A stretch of DNA of 64,000 nt from Eledone cirrhosa (lineage: Eukaryota): contig OZ024741.1 in the NCBI GenBank assembly GCA_964016885.1, positions 5,270,001-5,334,000 on the forward strand, written 5' to 3'. The notes beneath the pieces are model-generated. The model worked only from the letters and a program-made list of their open reading frames with translations, was not told the DNA's origin and did no database searches. Positions 1 through 11,700 of the stretch are shown one piece after another (the stretch's first letter is position 1; every line of letters begins with the position of its first letter). The position numbers were made by a program, and so were the translations under genes.

Positions 1-2759
1 GTGGTCCACTTGAGGAGGTTATTACAGTGGTCCACTTGAGGAGGTTATTACAGTGGTCCACTTGAGGTTGTTACAGTGGTCCACGTGAGGAGGCTATTAC
101 AGTGGTCCACTTGAGGTGGCTATTACAGTGGTCCACTTGAGGTTATTACAGTGGTTCATTTGAGGAGGTTATTACAGTGGTCCACTTGAGGAGGTTATTA
201 CAGTGGTCCACTTGGGGTTATTACAGTGGTCCACTTGAGGAGGCTATTACAGTGGTCCACTTGAGGTTATTACAGTGGTCCACTTGAAGAGGCTATTACA
301 GTGGTCCACTTGAGAAGGTTATTAGAGTGGTCCTCTTGAGGTTATTACAGTGGTCCACTTGAGGTGGCTATTAGAGTGGTCCACTTGAGGAGGTTATTAC
401 AGTGGTCCACTTGAGAAGGTTATTACAGTGGTCCACTTGAGGTTATTACAGTGGTCAACTTGAGGAGGCTATTACAGTGGTCCACTTGAGGTGGTTATTA
501 CAGCGGTCCACTTGAGGTTATTACAGTGGTCCACTTGAGGCTATTACAGTGGTCCACTTGCGGAGGCTATTACAGAGGTCCACTTGAGGAGGTTATTACA
601 GTGGTCCACTTGAGGAGGTTATTATAGGGGTCCACTTGAGGTGGTTATTACAGTGGTCCACTTGAGAAGGTTATTACGGTGGTCCAGTTTACGTTATTAC
701 AGTGGTCAACTTGAGGTTATTACAGTGGTCCACTTGAGGAGGTTATTACAGTGGTCCACTTGAGGAGGTTATTACAGTGGTCCACTTGAGGTTATTACAG
801 TGGTCCACTTGAGGAGGTTATTACAGTGGTCCACTTGAGGAGGCTATTACAGTGGTCCACTTGAGGAGGTTATTACAGTGGTCCACTTGAGGAGGTTATT
901 ACAGTGGTCCACTTGAGGTGGCTATTACAGTGGTTCACTTGAGGTTATTACAGTGGTCCAATTGAGGAGGTTATTACAGTGGTCCACTTGAGGTTATTAC
1001 AGTGGTCCAATTGAGGAGGTTATTACAGTGGTCCACTTGAGGAGGTTATTACAGTGGTCCACTTGAGGTTATTACAGTGTTCCACTTGAGGTGGTTACTA
1101 CAGTGGTCCACTTGAGGAGGTTATTACAGTGGTCCACTTGAGGTTATTACAGTGGTCCACTTGAGGAGGCTATTACAGTGGTCCACTTAAGGTTATTACA
1201 GTGGTCCACTTGAGGAGGTTATTACAGTGGTCCACTTGAGGCTATTACAGTGGTCCACTTGAGGAGGCCATTACAGTGGTCCACTTGAGGTTATTACAGT
1301 GGTCCACTTGAGGAGGCTATTACAGCGGTCCACTTGAGGTTATTACAGTGGTCCACTTGAGGTTATTACAGTGGTCCACTTGAGGAGGCTATTACAGTGG
1401 TCCACTTGAGAAGGTTATTACAGTGGCCCACTTGAGGTTATAACAGTGGTCCACTTGAGGATGTTTTTAGAGTTGTCCACTTGAGGAGGTTATTACAGTG
1501 GTCCAATTGAGAAGGGTATTACAGTGATCCACTTGAGGAGGCTATTACAGTGGTCCACTTGAGAAGGTCATTACAGTGGCCCACTTGAGGTTATTACAGT
1601 GGTCCACTTGAGGATGTTTTTAGAGTTGTCCACTTGAGGAGGTTATTACAGTGGTCCAATTGAGAAGGTTATTACAGTGGTCCACTTGAGGTCATTACAG
1701 TGGTCCACTTGAGGTGGTTATTACAGCGGTCCACTTGAGGTTATTAAAGTAGTCCGATTGAGGTTATTACAGTGGTCCACTTGAGGTTATTCCAGTGGTC
1801 CACTTGAGGAGGTTATTACAGTGGTCCACTTGAGGTTATTACAGTGGTCCACTTGAGGTTATTATAGTGGTCCACTTGTAGAGGTTATTACAGTGGTGCA
1901 CTTCAGGTTATTACAGTGGTCCACATGAGGATTTTATTACAGTGGTCCACTTGAGGTGGCTATTACAGTGGTCCACTTGAGGAGGTTATTACAGTGGTCC
2001 ACTTGAGGTTATTACAGTGGTCCACTTGAGGTTATTACAGTGGTCCATTTGAGAAGGTTATTACAGTGGTCCACTTGAGGAGGTTATGACAGTGGTCCAC
2101 TTGGGGAGGTTATTACAGTGGTCCACTTGAGGAGGCTATTACAGTGGTCCACTTGAGGTTATTACAGTGGTCCACTTGAGGAGGTTATTACAGTGGTCCA
2201 CTTGAGGAGGCTATTACAGTGGTCCACTTGAGGTTATTACAGTGGTCCACTTGAGGAGGTTATTACAGTGGTCCACTTGAGGAGGTTATTACAGTGGTCC
2301 ACTTGAGGTTAATACAGAGGTCCACTTGAGGAGGTTATTACAGTGGTCCACTTGAGGTTATTACAGTGGTCCACTTGTAGAGGTTATTACAGTGGTGCAC
2401 TTCAGGTTATTACAGTGGTCCACATGAGGATTTTATTACAGTGGTCCACTTGAGGTAGCTATTACAGTGGTCCACTTGAGGAGGTTATTACAGTGGTCCA
2501 CTTTAGGTTATTACAGTGGTCCACCTGAGGTTATTACAGTGGTCCACTTGAGGAGGTTATTACAGTGGTCCACTTCAGGTTATTACAGTGGTGCACTTGA
2601 GGAGCCTATTACAGTGGTCCACTTGAGGTTATTAAAGTGGTCCACTTGAGGAGGTTATTACAGTGGTACATTTTAGGTGGCTATTACAGTGGTCCACTTG
2701 AGGAGGTTATTACAGTGGTCCACTTGAGGAGGTTATTACAGTGGTCCACTTGAGGAGGT

Positions 2760-5700
2760 TATTACAGTGGTCCACTTGAGGTTGTTACAGTGGTCCACGT
2801 GAGGAGGCTATTACAGTGGTCCACTTGAGGTGGCTATTACAGTGGTCCACTTGACGAGGTTATTACGGTGGTCCACTTGAGGAGGCTATTACAGTGGTCC
2901 ACTTGAGGAGGCTATTACAGAGGTCCACTTGAGGTGGCTATTACAGTGGTCCACTTGAGGTTATTACAGTGGTCCACTTGAGGAGGTTATTAAAGTGGTC
3001 CACTTGAGGTTATTACAGTGGTCCACGTGGGGAGGCTATTACAGTGGTCCACTTGAGGAGGCTATTACAGTGGTCCACTTGAGGAGGCTATTACAGTGGT
3101 CCACTTGAGGTTATTACAGTGGTCCACTTGAGGAGGCTATTACAGAGGTCCACTTGAGGTTATTACAGTGGTCCACTTGAGGTTATTACAGTGGTCTTCT
3201 TGATGTTATTACAGTGGTCCACTTGAAGTTATTACAGTGGTCCACTTGAGGAGGCTATTACAGAGGTCCACTTGAGATTATTACAGTGGTCCACTTGAGG
3301 AGGTTATTACAGTGATCCACTTAAGGAGGTTATTACAGTGGTCCACTTGAGGAGACTATTACAGTGGTCCACTTGAGGAGGTTATTACAGTGGTCCACTT
3401 GAGGAGGTTATTACAGTGGTCCACTTGAGGTTATTACAGTGGTCCAATTGAGGAGGTTATTACAGTGGTCCACTTAAGGAGGTTATTACAGTGGTCCACT
3501 TGAGGTTATTACAGTGGTCCACTTGAGGTTATTACAGTTGTCCACTTGAGGAGGCTATTACAGTGGTCCACTTGATGTTATTACAGTGGTCCACTTGTGG
3601 AGGTTATTACAGTGGTCCACTTGAGGTTATTACAGTGGTCGACTTGAGGTTATTACAGTGGTCCACTTGAGGGGGCTATTACAGTGGTCCACTTGAGAAG
3701 GTTATTACAGTGGTCCACTTGAGGTTATTACAGTGGTCCACTTGAGGAGTTTATTACAGTGGTCCACTTGAGGGGTTATTACAGTGGTCCACTTGAGAAG
3801 GTTATTACAGTGGTCCACTTGAGGAGGTTATTACAGTGGTCCACTTGATGTTATTACAGTGGTCCACTTGAGGGGGTTATTACAGTGGTCCACTTGAGGT
3901 TATTACAGTGGTCCACTTGAGGAGGTTATTACAGTGGTCCAATTGAGGAGGTTATTACAGTGGTCCACTTGAGGTTATTACAGTGGACCAATTGAGGAGG
4001 TTATTACAGTGGTCCGCCTGAGGAGGTTATTACAGTGGTCCACTTGAGGTTATTACAGTGGTCCACTTGAGGAGGTTATTACAGTGGTCCACTTGAGGTT
4101 ATTACAGTGGTCCACTTGAGGAGGTTATTAGAGTGGTCCGTTTGAGGAGGTTATTACAGTGGTCCACTTGAGGTTATTACAGTGGTCCACTTGAGGAGGT
4201 TATTACAGCGGTCCAATTGAGGAGGTTATTACAGTGGTCCACTTGAGGAGGTTATTACAGTGGTCCACTTGAGGAAGTTATTACAGTGGTCCAATTGAGG
4301 AGGTTATTACAGTGGTCCACTTGAGGAGGTTATTACAGTGGTCCAGTTGAGGTTATTACAGTGGTACACTAGAGGAGGTTATTACAGTGGTCCACTTGAG
4401 GTTATTACAGTGGTCCATTTGAGGAGGTTATTACAGTGGTCCACTTGAGGTTATTACAGTGGTCCACTTGAGGAGGCTATTACAGTGGTCCACTTGAGGT
4501 TATTACAGTGGTCCACTTGAGGAGGTTATTACAGTGGTCCACTTGAGGTTATTACAGTGGTCCACTTGAGGAGGTTATTACAGTGGTCCAATTGAGGAGG
4601 TTATTACAGTGGTCCACTTGAGGTTATTACAGTGGGCCACTAGAGGAGGTTATTACAGTGGTCCACTTGAGGTTATTACAGTGGTCCATTTGAGGAGGCT
4701 ATTACAGTGGTCCACTTGAGGAGGTTATTACAGTGGTCCACTTGAGGAGGTTATTACAGTAGTCCACTTGAGGTGGTTATTACAGTGGTCCACTTGAGGA
4801 GGTTATTACAGTGGTCCACTTGAGGTTATTACAGTGGTCAACTTGAGGAGGTTATTACAGTGGTCAACTTGAGGTTATTACAGTGGTCCACTTGAGGAGG
4901 TTATTACAGTGGTCCACTTGAGGAGGTACTTACAGTGGTCCACTTGAGGAGGTTATTACAGTGGTCCACTTGAGGTTCTTACAGTGGTCCACTTGAGGAG
5001 GCTATTACAGTGGTCAACTTGAGGTTATTACAGTGGTCCACTTGAGGAGGCTATTACAGTGGTCCACTTGAGGTTATTACAGTGGTGCACTTGAGGAGGT
5101 TATTAGAGTGGTCCACTTGAGGTTATTACAGTGGTCCACTTGAGGAGGCTATTACAGTGGTCCACTTGAGGTTATTACAGTGGTCCACTTGAAGAGGCTA
5201 TTACAGTGGTCCACTTGAGAAGGTTATTACAGTGGTCCTCTTGAGGTTATTACAGTGGTCCACTTGAGGAGGCTATTAGAGTGGTCCACTTGAGGAGGTT
5301 ATTACAGTGGTCCACTTGAGAAGGTTATTACAGTGGTCCACTTGAGGTGGTTATTACAGCGGTCCACTTGAGGTTATTACAGTGGTCCACTTGAGGCTAT
5401 TACAGTGGTCCACTTGCGGAGGTTATTACAGTGGTCCACTTGAGGAGGTTATTATAGGGGTCCACTTGAGGTGGTTATTACAGTGGTCCACTTGAGACGG
5501 TTATTACGGTGGTCCAGTTTAGTTTATTACAGTGGTCCACTTGTGGAGGTTATTACAGTGGTCCACTTGAGGTTATTACAGTGGTCCACTTGAGGAGGTT
5601 ATTACAGTGGTCCACTTGAGGAGGTTATTACAGTGGTCCACTTGATGTTATTACAGTGGTCCACTTGAGGAGGTTATTACAGTGGTCCACTTCAGGTTAT

Positions 5701-8700
5701 TACAGTGGTCCACTTGTGGAGGTTATTACAGTGGTCCACTTGAGGAGGTTATTACAGTGGTCCACTTGAGGAGGTTATTACAGCGGTCCACTTGAGGTTA
5801 TTACAGTGGTCCACTTGAGGAGGTTATTACAGTGGTCCACTTGAGGTTATTACAGTGGTCCACTTGTGGAAGTTATTACAATGGTCCACTTGAGGAGGTT
5901 ATTACAGTGGTCCACTTGAGGTTATTACAGTGGTCCACTTGAGGAGGTTATTACAGTGGTCCACTTGAGGTTATTACAGTGCTCCACTTGAGGATTTTAT
6001 TAGAGTGGTCCACTTGAGGTTATTACAATGGTCCACATGAGGATTTTATTACAGTGTTCCACTTGAGGAGGTTATTACAGTGGTCCACTTGAGGAGGTTA
6101 TTACAGTGGTCCACTTGAGATTATTACAGTGGTCAACTTGAGGTTATTACAGTGGTCCACTTGAGGTGGCTATTAAAGTGGTCCACTTGTGGACGTTATT
6201 ACAGTGGTCCACTTGAGGTTATTACAGTGGTCCACTTGAGGTGGCTATTACAGTGGTCCACTTGAGGAGGCTATTACAGTGGTCCACTTGAAAAGGTTAT
6301 TACAGTGGTCCACTTGAGGAGGTTATTACAGTGGTCCACTTGAGGTGGCTATTACAGTGGTTCACTTGAGGTTATTACAGTGGTCCAATTGAGGAGGTTA
6401 TTACAGTGGTCCACTTGAGGTTATTACAGTGGTCCAATTGAGGAGGTTATTACAGTGGTCCACTTGAGGAGGTTATTACAGTGGTCCACTTGAGGTTATT
6501 ACAGTGTTCCACTTGAGGTGGTTACTACAGTGGTCCACTTGAGGAGGTTATTACAGTGGTCCACTTGAGGTTATTACAGTGGTCCACTTGAGGAGGCTAT
6601 TACAGTGGTCCACTTAAGGTTATTACAGTGGTCCACTTGAGGAGGTTATTACAGTGGCCCAGTTGAGGAGGTTATTACAGTGGTCCACTTGAGGCTATTA
6701 CAGTGGTCCACTTGAGGAGGCCATTACAGTGGTCCACTTGAGGTTATTACAGTAGTCCGCTTGAGGAGGCTATTACAGCGGTCCACTTGAGGTTATTACA
6801 GTGGTCCACTTGAGGAGGTTATTACAGTGGTCCACTTGAGGTTATAACAGTGGTCCACTTGAGGAGGCTATTACAGTGGTCCACTTGAGAAGGTTATTAC
6901 AGTGGCCCACTTGAGGTTATTACAGTGGTCCACTTGAGGATGTTTTTAGAGTTGTCCACTTGAGGAGGTTATTACAGTGGTCCAATTGAGAAGGGTATTA
7001 CAGTGGTCCACTTGAGGAGGCTATTACAGTGGTCCACTTGAGAAGGTCATTACAGTGGCCCACTTGAGGTTATTACAGTGGTCCACTTGAGGATGTTTTT
7101 AGAGTTGTCCACTTGAGGAGGTTATTACAGTGGTCCAATTGAGAAGGTTATTACAGTGGTCCACTTGAGGTCATTACAGTGGTCCACTTGAGGTGGTTAT
7201 TACAGCGGTCCACTTGAGGTTATTAAAGTAGTCCAATTGAGGTTATTACAGTGGTCCACTTGAGGTTATTCCAGTGGTCCACTTGAGGAGGTTATTACAG
7301 TGGTCCACTTGAGGTTATTACAGTGGTCCACTTGAGGTTATTACAGTGGTCCACTTGAGGTTATTACAGTGGTCCACTTGTAGGGGTTATTACAGTGGTG
7401 CACTTCAGGTTATTACAGTGGTCCACATGAGGATTTTATTACAGTGGTCCACTTGAGGTGGCTATTACAGTGGTCCACTTGAGGAGGTTATTACAGTGGT
7501 CCACTTGAGGTTATTACAGTGGTCCACTTGAGGAGGCTATTACAGTGGTCCACTTGAGGTTATTACAGTGGTCCACTTGAGGAGGTTATTACAGTGGTCC
7601 ACTTGAGGTTATTACAGTGGTCCACTTGAGGAGGTTATTACAGTGGTCCAATTGAGGAGGTTATTACAGTGGTCCACTTGAGGTTATTACAGTGGGCCAC
7701 TAGAGGAGGTTATTACAGTGGTCCACTTGAGGTTATTACAGTGGTCCATTTGAGGAGGCTATTACAGTGGTCCACTTGAGGAGGTTATTACAGTGGTCCA
7801 CTTGAGGAGGTTATTACAGTAGTCCACTTGAGGTGGTTATTACAGTGGTCCACTTGAGGAGGTTATTACAGTGGTCCACTTGAGGTTATTACAGTGGTCA
7901 ACTTGAGGAGGTTATTACAGTGGTCAACTTGAGGTTATTACAGTGGTCCACTTGAGGAGGTTATTACAGTGGTCCATTTGAGGAGGTACTTACAGTGGTC
8001 CACTTGAGGAGGTTATTACAGTGGTCCACTTGAGGTTCTTACAGTGGTCCACTTGAGGAGGCTATTACAGTGGTCAACTTGAGGTTATTACAGTGGTCCA
8101 CTTGAGGAGGCTATTACAGTGGTCCACTTGAGGTTATTACAGTGGTGCACTTGAGGAGGTTATTAGAGTGGTCCACTTGAGGTTATTACAGTGGTCCACT
8201 TGAGGAGGCTATTACAGTGGTCCACTTGAGGTTATTACAGTGGTCCACTTGAAGAGGCTATTACAGTGGTCCACTTGAGAAGGTTATTACAGTGGTCCTC
8301 TTGAGGTTATTACAGTGGTCCACTTGAGGCTATTACAGTGGTCCACTTGCGGAGGTTATTACAGTGGTCCACTTGAGGAGGTTATTATAGGGGTCCACTT
8401 GAGGTGGTTATTACAGTGGTCCACTTGAGACGGTTATTACGGTGGTCCAGTTTAGTTTATTACAGTGGTCCACTTGTGGAGGTTATTACAGTGGTCCACT
8501 TGAGGTTATTACAGTGGTCCACTTGAGGAGGTTATTACAGTGGTCCACTTGAGGAGGTTATTACAGTGGTCCACTTGATGTTATTACAGTGGTCCACTTG
8601 AGGAGGTTATTACAGTGGTCCACTTTAGGTTATTACAGTGGTCCACTTGTGGAGGTTATTACAGTGGTCCACTTGAGGAGGTTATTACAGTGGTCCACTT

Positions 8701-11700
8701 GAGGAGGTTATTACAGCGGTCCACTTGAGGTTATTACAGTGGTCCACTTGAGGAGGTTATTACAGTGGTCCACTTGAGGTTATTACAGTGGTCCACTTGT
8801 GGAAGTTATTACAATGGTCCACTTGAGGAGGTTATTACAGTGGTCCACTTGAGGTTATTACAGTGGTCCACTTGAGGAGGTTATTACAGTGGTCCACTTG
8901 AGGTTATTACAGTGGTCCACTTGAGGATTTTATTAGAGTGGTCCACTTGAGGTTATTACAATGGTCCACATGAGGATTTTATTACAGTGTTCCACTTGAG
9001 GAGGTTATTACAGTGGTCCACTTGAGGAGGTTATTACAGTGGTCCACTTGAGATTATTACAGTGGTCAACTTGAGGTTATTACAGTGGTCCACTTGAGGT
9101 GGCTATTAAAGTGGTCCACTTGTGGACGTTATTACAGTGGTCCACTTGAGGTTATTACAGTGGTCCACTTGAGGTGGCTATTACAGTGGTCCACTTGAGG
9201 AGGCTATTACAGTGGTCCACTTGAAAAGGTTATTACAGTGGTCCACTTGAGGAGGTTATTACAGTGGTCCACTTGAGGTGGCTATTACAGTGGTTCACTT
9301 GAGGTTATTACAGTGGTCCAATTGAGGAGGTTATTACAGTGGTCCACTTGAGGTTATTACAGTGGTCTAATTGAGGAGGTTATTACAGTGGTCCACTTGA
9401 GGAGGTTATTACAGTGGTCCACTTGAGGTTATTACAGTGTTCCACTTGAGGTGGTTACTACAGTGGTCCACTTGAGGAGGTTATTACAGTGGTCCACTTG
9501 AGGTTATTACAGTGGTCCACTTGAGGAGGCTATTACAGTGGTCCACTTAAGGTTATTACAGTGGTCCACTTGAGGAGGTTATTACAGTGGCCCAGTTGAG
9601 GAGGTTATTACAGTGGTCCACTTGAGGCTATTACAGTGGTCCACTTGAGGAGGCCATTACAGTGGTCCACTTGAGGTTATTACAGTAGTCCGCTTGAGGA
9701 GGCTATTACAGCGGTCCACTTGAGGTTATTACAGTGGTCCACTTGAGGAGGTTATTACAGTGGTCCACTTGAGGTTATTACAGTGGTCCACTTGAGGAGG
9801 CTATTACAGTGGTCCACTTGAGAAGGTTATTACAGTGGCCCACTTGAGGTTATTACAGTGGTCCACTTGAGGATGTTTTTAGAGTTGTCCACTTGAGGAG
9901 GTTATTACAGTGGTCCAATTGAGAAGGGTATTACAGTGGTCCACTTGAGGAGGCTATTACAGTGGTCCACTTGAGAAGGTCATTACAGTGGCCCACTTGA
10001 GGTTATTACAGTGGTCCACTTGAGGATGTTTTTAGAGTTGTCCACTTGAGGAGGTTATTACAGTGGTCCAATTGAGAAGGTTATTACAGTGGTCCACTTG
10101 AGGTCATTACAGTGGTCCACTTGAGGTGGTTATTACAGCGGTCCACTTGAGGTTATTAAAGTAGTCCAATTGAGGTTATTACAGTGGTCCACTTGAGGTT
10201 ATTCCAGTGGTCCACTTGAGGAGGTTATTACAGTGGTCCACTTGAGGTTATTACAGTGGTCCACTTGAGGTTATTACAGTGGTCCACTTGAGGTTATTAC
10301 AGTGGTCCACTTGTAGGGGTTATTACAGTGGTGCACTTCAGGTTATTACAGTGGTCCACATGAGGATTTTATTACAGTGGTCCACTTGAGGTGGCTATTA
10401 CAGTGGTCCACTTGAGGAGGTTATTACAGTGGTCCACTTGAGGTTATTACAGTGGTCCACTTGAGGTTATTACAGTGGTCCACTTGAGAAGGTTATTACA
10501 GTGGTCCACTTGAGGAGGTTATTACAATGGTCCACTTGGGGAGGTTATTACAGTGGTCCTCTTGAGGAGGCTATTACAGTGGTCCACTTGAGGTTATTAC
10601 AGTCGTCCACTTGAGGAGGTTATTACAGTGGTCCACTTGAGTAGGCTATTACAGAGGTCCACTTGAGGTTATTACAGTGGTCCACTTGAGGTTATTACAG
10701 TGGTCTTCTTGATGTTATTACAGTGGTCCACTTGAAGTTATTACAGTGGTCCACTTGAGGAGGCTATTACAGAGGTCCACTTGAGATTATTACAGTGGTC
10801 CACTTGAGGAGGTTATTACAGTGGTCCACTTAAGGAGGTTATTACAGTGGTCCACTTGAGGAGACTATTACAGTGGTTCACTTGAGGAGGTTATTACAGT
10901 GGTCCACTTGAGGAGGTTATTACAGTGGTCCACTTGAGGTTATTACAGTGGTCCAATTGAGGAGGTTATTACAGTGGTCCACTTGAGGAGGCTATTACAG
11001 TGGTCCACTTGAGGAGGTTATTACAGTGGTCCACTTGAGCTCATTACAGTGGTCCACTTGAGGAGGTTATTACAGTGGTCCACTTGAGGAGGTTATTACA
11101 GTGGTCCACTTGTGGTTATTACAGTGGTCCACTTGAGGAGGCTATTACAGTGGTCCATTTGAGGTTATTACAGTGGTCCACTTGAGGAGGTTATTACAGT
11201 GGTCCACTTGAGGTTATTACAGTGGTCCACTTGAGGTTATTACAGTTGTCCACTTGAGGTTATTACAGTGGTCCACTTGAGGAGGCTATTACAGTGGTCC
11301 ACTTGAGGTTATTACTGTGATCCACTTGAGGAGGTTATTACAGTGGTCCACTTGAGGTTATTACAGTGGTCCACTTGAGGTTATTACAGTGGTCCACTTG
11401 AGGAGGCTATTACAGTGGTCCACTTGAGGTTATTACAGTTGTCCACTTGAGGAAGCTATTACAGTGGTCCACTTGAGGTTATTACAGTGGTCCACTTGAG
11501 GAGGTTATTACAGTGGTCCACTTGAGGTTGTTACAGTGGTCCACGTGAGGAGGCTATTACAGTGGTCCACTTGAGGTGGCTATTACAGTGGTCCACTTGA
11601 CGAGGTTATTACGGTGGTCCACTTGAGGAGGCTATTACAGTGGTCCACTTGAGGAGGCTATTACAGAGGTCCACTTGAGGTGGCTATTACAGTGGTCCAC

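Noticed and set aside
26-36. Hairpin, cruciform or terminator from AGTGG-T-CCACT; G-quadruplex from the GG runs
   Set aside because: A 5-bp stem with a 1-nt loop is too weak and has no U-tract. The G runs are mostly GG only, so a stable canonical G4 is not supported.
13-65. AGGAGGT followed 7 nt later by GTG, resembling a perfect Shine-Dalgarno site and start codon in every long monomer, giving a mini-ORF of about 12 codons
   Set aside because: There is no prokaryotic context such as genes or promoters. It is a single coincidence in the consensus multiplied by amplification. It would be worth revisiting only if the contig proved to be prokaryotic or phage.
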